The notes under the pieces are model-generated. The model searched no databases. It was not told the DNA's origin and saw only the letters and a program-made list of their open reading frames with translations. Both the position numbers and the translations under genes were made by a program. A stretch of DNA of 64,000 bases from Camelus ferus. Lineage: Eukaryota. Positions 51,405-64,000 of this stretch are shown here, in pieces; the first letter of the stretch is position 1, and every line of letters begins with the position of its first letter. Location: contig NC_045697.1 in assembly GCF_009834535.1 (NCBI RefSeq), forward strand, positions 117,120,001 through 117,184,000, in the 5' to 3' direction.

Positions 51405-51780
51405 GTCTGTCAAGCTAGGCTGAATTGCGCTACTGCACAAAATAACCCAGAGAGCTCAATGACACGTGACAGTGAGCACAGCTGTCTGGGCATCGCTGTC
51501 TGGAGACCTGCCCCGTGTCAGCATCCCCTGAGACCCCACACTGTAGAAGCAGCCCCCCTGGGGACCCTGCGAGGCTCAGGGAAAGGGGGAAACAGGAAGT
51601 TGGGGAACTATGTGATGGCTTGTAAATCTCCCCTTTGGAAACTACACATGTCAATCCCCAACACCCTTTTGCTGAACTCAGTCGTGTGACCAAGCCTGGA
51701 GTCGGTGAGGTTGGAAGGGACCCTGTAAGAGGAAAAGCAGATACTTGAACAGGTAACACCAGCCCCCACAATGGTCAGAG
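51405..51780 (-). mobile_element. Old MaLR LTR (MLT1I/J/K-like)
   Basis: 'aagctagg...aaataacccagagagctcaatg' and 'cagtcgtgtgaccaagcctg'. Confidence 0.45.
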
Positions 51781-51809
51781 CCGAGCTGCTGGATGCTGAC
51801 AAACTGGAA

Positions 51810-51975
51810 TTAAGATCCCAGATCAGCAGCTCGCTGTGGGACAGGTACATGGAGCTCTCTGCGTCTCCGTTTTCATTCTATTCTATGGTACTTATGTCAT
51901 AGAATTATTATAATATGTAAACGAGACAATATGGAAAATACTTACCATGGTATCTGACACTTACAAACACTTGGC
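51810..51975 (+). mobile_element. MIR relic
   Basis: 'ctctctgcgtctccgtttt', 'aaacgagacaatatggaaaatacttaccatggtatctgacac'. Confidence 0.55.
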
Positions 51976-52153
51976 GTTACATTAAGTGTCAAGTTCTGTT
52001 TAAAGGGTTTTTGATAACTTCTTATTTTTTTAACATTATGATAGAATTCTTTAATATATTTGAAAGACAAACAATTGTTTTAATTATTCCCAAGTGGCTA
52101 GTGGAAACTAATAGAAAATATTATTTTCCAACACTCAATAACAATTCATGTAA

Positions 52154-52667
52154 TGTAACAGGGAAGAACAAATCAGACTCCATATGAGATCTGTTCCTTT
52201 AGCTCTAACTCTGTGCTGTTTCCTGGGCTCAGTCATGCTGGTTCTGCATCTTTTGTAAAAGGATGTTGCCTGGAGCCTGAAATAGACAGGAGAGCCCATT
52301 CTCAAGGCTCTGACCTTTAAGGTGCTGACACTTTCCCATTCATGTAAAGATAAAAATTTACAGAATAAAAAATAACACTTGCCTCATTGGAGGTTTACAA
52401 GGACACCACGACCTGCCCTTGGTGGACAACGGCAAGAACAGAGGATTCTGACACCAAGAAGTTTCAACAACTGACCACACCTCACCCTGTTAGTATAAAA
52501 GGAGCCCAAATTCTGACTTGGGGAAGATGGTTCTCCAGGACATGAGTCCCCCATCTTTTCAGTCTACTGGCTTTCTGAGTAAAGTCACTATTCCTTGTCC
52601 CAACACCTCATCTGCTGATTCATTGGCCTGTTGTGCAGCAAGCAGAACGAGTTTGGACTCGGTAACA
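52154..52667 (+). mobile_element. ERV1-type solo LTR with perfect 4-bp TSD (GTAA)
   Basis: TGTAACA...GGTAACA termini, GTAA at 52150-52153 and 52668-52671, TATAAAA near 52494 and a degenerate poly(A) signal AGTAAA. Confidence 0.9.
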
Positions 52668-53844
52668 GTAATACTCGACTCTTCATATTTTAGCAGGGAC
52701 AGAGAAAGGGATTTGGAAAGGGATACCATGCAATGACTCTTTTATAACATAATCAAGAGAAAAGTCTAATTAATTAATTATAATAAATTCTAATTCTAAG
52801 GCAGTTGTGGCCACATCACTTTATTTCACACCTCTATGAGAACTTTGTGATTAAGGTTCTTCTTTCTATTCTTTTACTCCTATCAACTTAAAATAAATTT
52901 TTAAACTAGATTTCTTGTCCCCAAACCAAATTCAGTCCCTATAGCACCACATTAATAGTTCTGACTTTTAATAAAACAACATTGAAAAAAAATTAATTCC
53001 AAAAGAGAGCATGTGATAAAAGAACACAGAGTGCACCTGGATGTTTTGTTCCCTGTCATAGAATTAGTTCTAGAAATCACTTTAGTTTTGGCAAATGGTA
53101 AAATCTTAACGATCAATATTCATAAGGTCTCTGTCTGGATTAAGTAATTTGAACACCTGAAAAGTCTTTGTCTGAAATATTAAAGGTTATGGTAATAATA
53201 AAGGTGAGAGTGAATGGAATATTTTTAAAATCCAAAGAATGTCATTCTCACATTTAAAATTCATAAGCAAAGTTTTCATAAAAACTGGCATTTCTTTCTG
53301 CTGACATTTGAGTTGGAATTTGGCCTCGTTTCAAGGTCACTGGCTAAATGTTTAATGTGAAAAAATGTTATAGATCAAAATAAGGTGTATACGATCCTAA
53401 TGAATAAAATGATTTCTTAAAGCAAGCTTTTGATGTCCCTTGAGCCTCTTCCCAAACAAAGTAGCAGTCAAACAAAAAAAAAGAGTGTTAGCTTACCTCT
53501 TAGGAAAGCAGAAATTTCAAAACGGAGCTAATTAGTATGCAAAAACAAACCCAAACAAACAAAAATCAAAGTGACAGTCTTATTCAAACCCAGACCATTC
53601 AGTCACTCAAGCTTTGAGAAACATTCACCAAAACTTACACCTCTTAGCGTTTCGGGTGTTGTGAATTCATCTTTTCTACTCTGCAGTACCCATTCCCAAT
53701 GCACAGCTCCCCTCAGTTCTTTCCAGCACCTCAGTTTGCATGTGGTCACCTCCCAGGGTTCAGTCCTGGACCTGATTTTCTTGTGTCAGCAAACTCAGCT
53801 GATGCAAACCTCTACGCAAATGTCCCACAGACTAGATTTTCCTC

Positions 53845-54300
53845 CTTTAACCCTGGGCTTGTTTCCTGGGCTCAGTCATGCTGGTTCTGCACCTTTTGTA
53901 AAAGAATGTTGCCTAGAGCCTGAAATACACAGGAGACCCCATCCTCAAGGCTCTGACCTTTAAGGGTGCAACACTTTTCCATTCATATAGAGATAAAAAG
54001 TTGCAGAACAGAGAATAACATTTGTCCTGTTAGAGGTTTATAAGGACACCACTACCTGACCCACATGGACGGCTGCAAGAACAAAGGATTTCGACACCAA
54101 GAAGTTTGCAACAACCAACCATAACCCCTCCCCTTTTATTATAAAAGGAGCTTGAATTCTGACTTGAGGAAGATGATTCTCTAGGACATGGGTCCCCCAT
54201 CTTCTCAGTCTGCTGGTTTTCAGAATAAAGTCATTATTCTTTGCCCCAGCACCTCATATCCCAATTTATTGCAAGCAGAATGAGTTTGGGCTCAGTGATA
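53845..54300 (+). mobile_element. Second LTR of the same family, 5' end missing or diverged
   Basis: Colinear with 52200-52667 (shared 'tgtttcctgggctcagtcatgctggttctgca', 'ctcaaggctctgacctttaa', 'gacaccaagaagttt'). It has TATAAAA and AATAAA. Confidence 0.9.
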
Positions 54301-54704
54301 GTGGGGAATTTCTAACATTTACTTTTTAATGCCTTCTTCTTCCCCAAGAGTAAAAGTAAATAAAATCATAAAAGAGGGATCAACATCCATGTGTTTTACT
54401 TGTTGAATACCAAGTTCTATGCCAGGATATGACCACACAAATGTGAACAAAGCATGACTGCTAAGAGACCTCTTATTTCCACAAGAAAGATAACTAGGAA
54501 CGCAGCTGCTATAATGAATTCACTGACCATGATAAGAGAGGCATGAAAAAGATCGTGAGGACACGTAAGAGGGATGACACATTCATTTCTGTGGTATTTA
54601 TATGGCTTTTTGAATAGTATATGCAAAGTTTACTATGTCCTTCCTTGGCTGGTCTGGGCTTGTAATTCATTCCTTAGATGTAAAAATAGTTTTCAGTTCA
54701 TAAA

Positions 54705-55225
54705 TAGAATAATTTCTGTCCTCAGAGATCCAATATTTCAGTGGAGGAACAGAGACAATAAATCAGGGAACTACTCGGATTTCTAGCACACCCGATGGTG
54801 CCAAGTGCTATGGAGAAAAACAAAACAAGGAGAGTGGAGAAGAAATGCATATGGTGTAGAGGGGGGATTGCGTTCCAGGCACAGGGAAGAACTAGCCAGA
54901 CTGACCGGGAACAGCAAGGCCAGGTGCCTGGACCAGAGATGGTGATAACTGAGAGCAGCAGGAGAAGAGGTCGGACAGCTCAGGAGTAGCCAGACTGGGA
55001 AGAGCCTTGGTGGCCATGGTTACAGACTTGGCTTTACTTTGGGAAGGATAGAAAGCCAGGAGAGGTTCTGAACACAGGTCAACATATTCTGACAGCTATT
55101 GACAGGGTCATTTCAGTTTGCTCTGAGGAGGACAGACTGAAGTGTGGGCACAGGTAGCAGCAGACAGAGAACCAGAGGTCGTCACAATAATCCTGATGTG
55201 AGATGATGGTGGATCAGACCACAGT
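54705..55225 (-). mobile_element. LINE-2 relic
   Basis: 'aagtgctatggagaaaaacaaa', 'gagccttggtggccatggt..agacttggctttact' and 'aataatcc.gatgtgagatgatggtgg'. Confidence 0.7.
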
Positions 55226-55484
55226 TCAAACAGATCTTGCATTCCTAATGTAATTTAAACTATTAATGTTTGATGAAATTAATGCTTGATGATGTACTTC
55301 TCTGCTTGACACATACATGTAGTGATAGTTTATATTTGAAGTAAATGTCTCAAAATTTAATAATACTCTCCTTTTGGAGAATTTGAAACTGACTGGAGAT
55401 TTTTTTCCCATGTTTTAACACACAAATATTAAAGTTAATGTAAATGACATATTTTTCCCATAAAATCTCATATTGAGAGAAGTT

Positions 55485-56025
55485 TAACAAATGTCCAATG
55501 TCAGTAGACAGATGACTGGATAAAGAAGTTACAGTATATTTGTACAATGGAATATTACTCAGCCATAAAAAAGTAATAAAATAATACCATTTGCATCAAC
55601 ATGGATGGACCTGGAGATTATCTGACTGAATGCAGTAAGTCAGAGAAAGTAAGACAGAGAAAGACAAATATCAAACAATATCACTTGTATGTAGAATCTA
55701 AAACAATGAACTTTTTTACAAAACAGAAATATACAGACATAGAAAACAAATTTATGATTATCGAAGAGAAAAGGCAGGGTGGAGAGATAAATTAGCAGTT
55801 CAGGATTAGCAGATACAAACTGCTATATATAAAATAGATAAACAACAAGGACCTACTGTACAGCACAGGGAACTACACTCAGTTTATTATAATAACCTAT
55901 AATGAAAAAGAATATGAAAAATAATATATATGTAAGTAAAACTGAATCACTATGCTGTACACCAGAAACTAACACAACATTGTAAACCAACACTTCTTCA
56001 ATGAAAAATAAATAAATAAAAAATA
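55485..56025 (+). mobile_element. Young LINE-1 3' end
   Basis: 'aatggaatattactcagccataaaaa...caacatggatggacctggag...gtacagcacagggaacta...' with an A-rich tail. Confidence 0.9.
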
Positions 56026-57434
56026 GAGAATGATCATAAACTAAAGAGAAAAAAAAAAGATACTTTAACTATGTGACAATATGTGTAAGATTATTATATC
56101 ACCTCATTATATCATAAAACCTGGTCAAACTCTAAGGCTGTGCTTCTGCGGTATGTCACATTGTAATCTATGTATATTCCCACATTTCTCAATATTTTCT
56201 TAAGCTAAAATCAGGTTGAAAGGTAATAGCTGGAACACACTGGATTAGGAAAATTCATTATAAAAGAGGAGCTTAAAATTTAAAGCTAGTCATAGAGAAT
56301 ATTTTTTTTTAAATGTGTGACTATATAAATAGTGATGATTAAGATGATAACCTTTCCATATGACACCCGTGAAAACAGTTTTCATTGTTTTATGTCTCTT
56401 ACTATTTAGCACCAGCTGTTGGAATACCTGTGTGTTTTTCCCAGCCATGACGATTACGAAACATTCTAGAAGCACCAGGCTTGAGGCAAATATGTGCTTA
56501 GTCCTGACTTAGGAAGAGCTGCATTCCCCCTGGTCTGGGCTGGTGAAGCTGACTTCAGTCCCTCTTTCCTTGCCTCCCTTATAAACGTCCATGGCTCTCT
56601 CTGAAGGTCTAAGGGAGGAACCCCATCTCCACCAGCAGATGAAGGTCGGTCTCTAGTCTGCAGTTGATCAGATCTTCCCTGGAGCAGCAGAAGCAGCCAG
56701 CCTGGAGCACGGACACATGGTATGCAGTTGGTGGAAACGGTCCAAGTACTCCCCTGCGTGTGTAATTTATGTTTCAAATGATGAAGACGTTCAGCAAAGG
56801 GAGTAGGAGAAAGTACAGAGACGTATTTGAGACGATGATTGGATTTAGAGTGTTTATTACATGGAAACATTTAATAATCTATTTCCCTGAATTGCTGAAT
56901 TTGATTTAGAAGCATTAAGTCAGATGTAAACTTTGAAAATCGCAGAAGAGTGGTTACTCCTGGAGATTTAAAATTAGGTCTGAATGATGCCTGGGCAACC
57001 CGGCAAACAGCACAGTGATGCTGTATCGAGATGCTTAGAACACGATAAGCTGTATCAATTCATTTCACAGGGAAAAGAAAGCACCTTTCTCTGAATTCAA
57101 CTAATCGTTCAGGGTCATCTTTGTCCACCGCGTCCTCTAGCTGAAACCATTTCTGTTCTGGGTGGCTGTGACCAAGCGTGTTTCAGTGAAGGGGTGACAT
57201 GTGCCTCTGTGTGTTTCCTTCTGAATCCTCACAGGTGAGCAAGGCTCTTTCAATGCCACACTTAGTTATCTCATCTAGATCTGCCATTCCACTACCCCAC
57301 TCAAACCCCAAGAGATCAAAGAGGAATCGGTTCCTCTCTATGAAGCAGAGAAAGGTAGAAACACCAGATGCAGGTGGTATGTTACAGTGACATTTGAAAA
57401 ATGCATAACAGTGTTAACTTGTACCATAGCCCCC

Positions 57435-57848
57435 TGAACGTGGGGACCAGGGAGGGGTAAGAAATCCCACCAGCCTTTCGTATCGTAAGGAACAGCGTCC
57501 TACAAACAACAGTTCTTCTCTGCATAATTCAGATAAAACTCAAGGGTGGCTGTTGTCTACCTTAGACCCTCCCGATTCCTGTTTTCTGCCTCATATATAA
57601 TTAGATGAACTGCCGTCCCCGCTGATCCTTTAGAACAAAATGCGTATTAACTCAACTACCCTAAGGCCCCAGGCTCTCTGCCCACGGCCCGCGTCCTGCT
57701 GTGGTGCTAGCCCAGCGGACGCTCAAGCTTTCTCTCTCCTGAAATAGTTATCCTCCCTGTTGCCAGAACCCTTTTTTCCCCCGCCTTACAACTATCCTTT
57801 CAAATTAAGCCTCCCTTGACTCAGTCCAGATTTGGTCTTTATTTGATA
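57435..57848 (+). mobile_element. Possible old ERV LTR
   Basis: LTR-like composition and the end 'aattaagcctcccttgactcagtccagatttggtctttatttgata'. No TSD was identified. Confidence 0.35.
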
Positions 57849-58279
57849 TATGATTAGTTTCCAGGCCTGTGGTTGGAGGCCAGCCATTTATTGATTTATG
57901 TATTTCAAAGGGAACGTCCTGATTCACTACATCTTAATATAAAGGGCTTTCTGCGAACATTTATGGTTTGCTAAATTCCTCGTTTTCCCTCCCTGCAGGA
58001 GGCTTAAGAAGTGAATTAGATAAATTTTCGGTTGTGTCACAGTCATTTTCCTTATCTTGTGGTAACACCATCATCTGGACAAAGTGAATATTTCCATTTC
58101 TCATCTGCGATCATTAGAAATACAACCAATGTTGTCTCTGGCCCCCTGAAAATTCCCCAGGGTACTTCATTGCCTTCAAAGGGGGGGGACTTCATAGAAG
58201 AGATCACAGTGGAATAAAGAAGTTTTAAAAGTAATGGCTTTGATTCCATGGAGACTTGATTGTTTTTAGAGTTATTTTA

Positions 58280-58342
58280 TTATTTTTTTATTGAAGTAGA
58301 GTTGATTTACAATGTTGTGTTAGTTTTAGGTGTACAAATTTA

Positions 58343-58378
<36 letters not shown>

Positions 58379-58985
58379 CAGATTATTTTCCATAATAGGC
58401 TATTGCAAGATATTGAATATAGTTCCCTGTGCTGTACAGTAGAACCTTGTTGCTGGTCTATTTTATATTTACTAGTGTGTATCTGTTAATCCCAAACTCC
58501 TAATTTATCCCTTCCCTACTTCCCTTTCCCCCATGGTAACCAGAAGTTTGTTTTCTATGTCTGTGAGTCTCTTTCTGTTCTGTAAATAAGTTTATTTGTG
58601 TCACTTTTTAGATTCCATGTACAAGATATTTGTCTTTCTCTCTGATCTGCTTCACTTAGTATGATATTCTGTAGGTCCATTTAGGTTGCTGCAAATGGTA
58701 TTATTTTATTTTTCATGGCTGAGTAGTATTCGATTTTATATATATATATATGGATTTTATTTATATATATATATTTTATATATATATATATATGGAGGTA
58801 GGTATATATATAAATATATATATACACACACATACCACATCTTCTTTATCTGTTCATCTGTCAACATTTAGGTTGCTTCCATGACTTGGCAATTGTAAAT
58901 GGTGCTGCTGTGAACATTGGGGTGCATGGATTTTCTCAAGTTAGAGTTTTCCCTGGATATATACCTCAGAGTGGAATTGCTGGCT
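58280..58985 (-). mobile_element. Young LINE-1 3' end with internal (TG)n and (TA)n expansions
   Basis: Same 3' UTR family as 4726-5292. It ends at 'ggatatatacctcagagtggaattgctgg'. Confidence 0.9.
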
Positions 58986-60019
58986 CAGTAGATTATTCTT
59001 ATGCACTCAAGTTAGTAAACATCTGACAGATCATCACAGTATTAATAGAATATTAGAGAGGCAAAGAAACATATAATATGCTTTACACAATCTGATAAAA
59101 TGCATCGATCCTCTCCAGAACAATGAACACAGGAACCTCCAGACAATTTCCTGTGCAATGCTGAGCCATGCAGAGCTCTCTTCAAGGCTGGAGCCCACAT
59201 AGAGTTTCTTAACAAAAGATTCATTGTTCGCACTACAGATGCTTGTTTTAGTCTATCTTGCATTCATCTTATCGATGAGAAAACTGTATCCTAGAGTGTT
59301 AATATTTTGACTGCGATCACACAGACCTCACATATTTTCAGTTTTCTACAATTTAAAAGCCAAATTTAACTAGGTTCTGGGCAGAGTGATTTTCAAATAA
59401 TTTAGTCTAAGGTAATTTTGTCTCTAATGCAGACATAAAAGTCACAGTCGGTTCACTCAGTATGTGAATTCAATTTGAGAATAAATTAGCTTTTCCTAGA
59501 CATTATTCTTGTTTATGGAGCTACTTACTTCTGCCTTTGAAGCCGTTAGAATCGATGCTGGTAGTTATGTGGCATTTTAATGTCAATACAAAATGCATTG
59601 ACTCACTGATGAAAACTTTATTTTCTATCCTGGGGGTGGTAGGAGTTAACCTGTATCATGCTAAAATAAGGTTTCTGGACTTAGAAAGCGAAAATGGGAA
59701 TTATCATTCTAGGCATTTTTATAATCATAACTTTTGCCCCGTCAACCTCAAATAAGCCATGCCTCTTATTTTTCTCTCTTTACAGAATTAATTTTATTGA
59801 GAGCATTTTTGCTTTGAGAAATGTATTGGCGAATATTCTCTTAGTCACATTAATGAAACTGGGTTATAAAACACCAGGAGGAAGAACAAATGTGGAGTGA
59901 TATAAATCAGGAAATTGTGTGAACAGATATGGAATCCTTTCAAAGGAGGAAGGCCAGTGGGGGGCACGCCAGGGAGTCATAGACAGCACTGGATAGTTTC
60001 TGATGGGAAGAAGGAAAGG

Positions 60020-60270
60020 GGGAGAGACAGACAGAGACAAACAGAGAGAGAAATGGAGACAGAGACAGAGATACAGAGAGAGACAGAGACACAGAGACAG
60101 AGAGATGGAGGCAGAGACAGAGATACAGAGAGAAACAGAGCCAGTGAAATAGAGACAGAGACAGAAGGAGACAGAGATACAGAGGGAGGCAGAGACAGAG
60201 AGACAGAGAGGCACAGAGAGACACAGAGACGGACAGAGAGACAGAGAGAAACAGGAGACAGAAGAGAAAA
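60020..60270. repeat. (GAGACA)n-type GA-rich low-complexity repeat
   Basis: Direct reading. It explains four overlapping repetitive ORFs. Confidence 0.95.
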
Positions 60271-60834
60271 AGCAAACTGGACCAACAGAGCACAGCACCA
60301 AGTAGGCGTTTCAATCTCGCACTGCACTCAGCTTCTTCCATCATCACTTGGTTGGGAGATCCTCAGAAGCCTGAATTTTCCCATCAATTACTTTAAATTA
60401 TGTTCCAAATTTAAATCGCCCTAAAGATTGGTAGTAACTGTGTACACCTGCACTGCCCTGTCAGCTCTTCTGCTCTGAGGTCCTCTATAAGCATTTACAG
60501 CTCTAATAAGGCTGCTTATGTGTAACTGATCCCTACAGGGACCCACTGCTGCATTTCATCCAATTTCAGTTATTTTCAGTTACTTCTGAAGATGTCCTTT
60601 GAAATAAAGTATGTGAAGCTGCTTATGATCAGTTATGATTTGGGAGACAGGGAGAAGGTATTGAAAGATGGGGGGGTCAATAACCATACCGCTCCCTGCC
60701 TTCAAGATTTCACACTTACCGTTGCCCACACTGTGTTCTTCCCCTCAACTGGCCCGCTGCAGTCAGTGATCCAGAACAAAGTCGGGGTGTGAGCTCCAAG
60801 TCAAGGACATCTAAGTCATTGCTTTTCTCTTCAA

Positions 60835-60960
60835 CTTCCTTGACCCTGGATCGTGGGCAAGTCGGCTTCTCTGTGCCTGAGTGTAGTTCCCTATTAAACA
60901 GAGGAAAAGTTAGACCTTCTACCCTATGTGACCATTTTGAGGGTGCAATGCAATAAGAGA
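60835..60960 (+). mobile_element. MIR relic
   Basis: 'tgggcaagtc..cttctctgtgcctgagt..ttccctattaaacagagga'. Confidence 0.5.
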
Positions 60961-61045
60961 GGTCAGGAAAGCTTTGTATTTTAAAAATGGAGATACAAAC
61001 GTATTCTGAAATCCAAGCATACTTGGGGTCTTCTAAGATGTTCAG

Positions 61046-61372
61046 TGTAAAAAATTAATAGACAGGAACCTCAATTAAGTAGAGTCGGGAGATCCGAGGG
61101 GAGCTCTCACACTCTGGAAGGACAATGGCACCCAACAGGAAGAAGAAAGCCCTCTTCTTTCCTGGCAAGGACTCGGCCAATGAAAAGTCATGGGCTCTTT
61201 GTTTGAGTTGACCACAGCCGTCCTGACTACAAAAGTGTTCTCCTCCTGCCATGAGGGGACTTGCACATGGGTCACCATTGTCGCAGACCCTGAATTGCAG
61301 TTCTCTGCTGATCTCAAATAAACCCACCTTGGCTGGAGACACATCTGGCAGTCAATTTGTTTCAGGCCAATA
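61046..61372 (+). mobile_element. Short ERV1-type solo LTR
   Basis: TGTAAAA start, CCAAT near 61177, AATAAA at 61317, end 'aggccaata' and near-TSD tcag/taag. Confidence 0.65.
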
Positions 61373-63320
61373 TAAGTATTTCCGTCCCTTTTGCTGAGGA
61401 CATAGAATCTCTTTCTCCATAAGATCAAAGCTGTGGATTTGGATTTGCGTTGTCTTTGTCTCCCTGTTCCGTGTTCACTCTGATCAGCAAACGTCCTTCT
61501 TGGGGCTGGTGATCAGGGAGATTTCATTCCCGTTACTTCTGTGCTTGGACTGCCATGTCGTTCTTTCAAACAGCTGTTTTGATTCTCTTTTAAAAATGTC
61601 CTCAGTTCCCCCTTTTGAGATAATAAAACTTCATAATCTCATCCTGGTGTTCTTACATCATTGAACTTGTGTTCTAATTGTATTGTCTTTTGTTATTTGC
61701 TTCTGATCCTCCCATTATGTTTTCTTCCAAAATAAACTCTGTTTTGCAGATAACAAAGTATTCCGTTTCCTTCTTTTTGGGTGCTGCATGGCTTTCTCTC
61801 TTCTGTCATTTCTCTTTCTCTACTATCAGTTCTTCTCTCCTTCCTTTCTTATGAGCTTCACATGGTACCTTATCACAGGTACCATGATGCTGTCTGAACC
61901 ACTCACCCTTTGCTCCTATTCATGGGACCCAGCCCACTTACTTACTCTGTATCGAAAGCCATTTTCCTTTGCATCAAGTAACTCCCCACTTATGTAACTG
62001 GAACCATTTGTCCTCCCTCTGAGCTCCAGGTGGAGGGGGCTTTTGTCCCGTGTTTGCAGTCTGAGTGTAGCGTGGGAGAATTTCCACTGGGTCTTGTATT
62101 CTTTCTTCTAAGATTCTGGCAAATATCCTCTCCCGGGATTTAAGACATGTCTTTTTATGAAGAGAATAAATTTTGGGCTTCTAATCATTAGTACATTTCT
62201 GTAAGGATGCTGGAAAATGTCATAATGTGACATGTTGTGCTTCTGCTGAAATCCTGCCTCTTATGTGAAACCACCTACACTATCTTCCCATCTGTCTGTC
62301 TAAGTATCTGTCTATCCATCTGTCTATTTTTTTCATTTTTGCCCAAAGTGCCTATTTTTTCTCTTAGTCTACTTCTTTCCAAATTCGAGTATGATCATGG
62401 AAATTCTCAAAGCTGTGTCCCTCAGTCACACATCTTATTTCTTGGTATTAATTCTGAGAGAGGTACTTTTGTGCATTTGTATGTATGTGTGTATATGAGT
62501 GTGTATTAGGGGCATGGTATGGAGGCTGGCTTAGGGTATCAAAATCTTTATTTTTTTTATTTTTTTGAAATGAAGTTGTATCCTTTCCTTCTTGCTTATC
62601 ACTATGATTTCCCCTCTTTTATGATTTGTTGCTTTATATTCATTTTATGAGGCATTGGGAGCAATAATTCTGATCTGACTTCTCTCCACTGTCTTTCTTA
62701 CTCTCCAGTATGTTTCTCAGACTTTTGTATATGAACTCAATGATGACAGGAATGAAATCTATATTCCTTTTATGACTTCCCTAGTAGAATACTGTGGCTT
62801 CCCCCTACCCCACATAGCGCTCTCTAGCTATAGAAATGGGAAAGTTAGCATTATACCCATGGGGGTTTTTGTTGTTGATTATTCAATCATTTCATACCCT
62901 CCTTCTTAGCACCATGGTAATATATTCCACAAAGGCAGAAGCTCTGAGATTGGCAGGGATTCAGTAAGGAATATCCTCCAGCATCCTGAAATATAAACTA
63001 GGTGAAAACTGAATACAAAGATGAGGAAATGAGACTATCTTCTCCTTTATAATTGGGAGATATGAATTATTAAGACCTCAGCTGAGACAGAAAGACAAAC
63101 TAAGTCCTTTCAGTATATCAAGCATTTTCTTTCTTTCATTTATTAATATGACTAGTGCAGAACCAACACCATGTAGATAAATAGGTAAAAAAAAAAAAAA
63201 AAAAAGGCCATCTAGAAAGAGTGATCTTTGGGCATCTGGAATCGGTTTCCATGCCACGCTTTATTTGTAGTATGACTTAAGGTCAAGTGAACCAAACTAA
63301 CATTTAAAGTAAATGGTGGG

Positions 63321-63474
63321 AAATAGATACACGGTCTTGTGGTGGCTCACAGTGAAAAAGAATGTGACAATGAATATATGTATGTTCATGTATAACTGAA
63401 AAATTGTGCTCTACACTGGAAATTGATACAATATTGTAAACTGACTGTAACTCAATAAAAAAAAATTTTAAAAA
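63321..63474 (+). mobile_element. Short young LINE-1 3' end with 16-bp TSD
   Basis: 'ttgtaaactgactgtaactcaataaaaaaa'. TSD taaagtaaatggtggg (63305-63320) / taaaggaaatggtagg (63475-63490). Confidence 0.85.
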
Positions 63475-63490
63475 TAAAGGAAATGGTAGG

Positions 63491-64000
63491 CTTTCAACTT
63501 TTCACCACTATAATGCTGGCTGTGGGTTTGTCATAAATAGCTTTTATTATGTTGAGATATGTTCCCTCTATATTCACTTTGGTTAGAGTTTTATCATAAA
63601 TGGGTGTTGAATTTTATCAGATGTTTTTCTTGAACCTATTGAGATGATCACATGGTTTTTGACCTTTCTCTTGTTAATGTGGTGTATCGCATTGGTTGAT
63701 TTGCGTGTGTTGAACCATCCTTGTCTCTGGGATGGACCCAACTTGGTCACGGTGTGTGACCTTTTTTATGTGTTGTTGGATTCTGTTTACTAATATTTTG
63801 TTAAGGAGTTTTGCATGTATGTTCATCAATGATATTGGCCTATAGACTTCTTTTTTTGTAGCATCTTTGTCTGGCTTTGGTATCAGGGTGATGTTGGCTT
63901 CATGGACTGAGTTTGGGAATGTTCCCTACTTGTCAATCTTTTGGAAGAGTTTGAGAAGGACCAGTGTGAGCTCTCCTTTGTATGTTCGATAGAACCCCTA
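63491..64000 (-). mobile_element. LINE-1 ORF2 reverse-transcriptase fragment (frameshifted, runs off the window)
   Basis: Minus strand translates to IISI...[10 protein letters not shown] / [24 protein letters not shown], the conserved L1 RT region. Confidence 0.92.

Noticed and set aside
52154..54300. Internally deleted two-LTR provirus
   Set aside because: The first LTR has its own TSD, and I see no PBS, PPT or internal retroviral sequence in the spacer.
59864..60424. Overlapping 116-169 aa ORFs (RE/SL/CL-rich)
   Set aside because: They are stop-free read-through of a (GAGACA)n repeat.
1..64000. Protein-coding genes among the six-frame ORFs (e.g. 6456-6962, 168 aa; 49639-50109, 156 aa)
   Set aside because: No recognisable domains, many non-ATG starts, low-complexity or repeat-derived translations, and no consistent exon chain. 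Small exons of a large gene cannot be excluded by eye.

Overview
This is mammalian, repeat-rich non-coding DNA (intergenic or deep intronic), AT-rich overall. It is most likely from a camelid, because four tRNA-Ala(AGC)-derived short SINEs match my recollection of the camelid Vic-1 type; this assignment is from recall, not a database search. I can support no protein-coding gene, genuine RNA gene, CRISPR array or prokaryotic system. The supplied ORFs are either decayed LINE-1 fragments, microsatellite read-throughs or chance ORFs. The window contains young 5'-truncated L1 3' ends (two with twin-priming inversions), older L1M, L2 and MIR relics, MaLR (MLT1) LTRs, several ERV1-type solo LTRs, microsatellites and two minisatellites. 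The most notable observations are mechanistic retrotransposition footprints: a tail-less internal L1 fragment between 8-bp direct repeats, a fold-back-rearranged SINE, possible reuse of one L1 target site, and two same-family solo LTRs 1.2 kb apart. There are also candidate regulatory patches: a tandem GC-box repeat, an AP-1/NF-kB cluster, CpG-rich patches inside old repeats, and unique TAAT-rich segments. I did not find evidence for a new biological system. Repeat family names and old-repeat boundaries are approximate.
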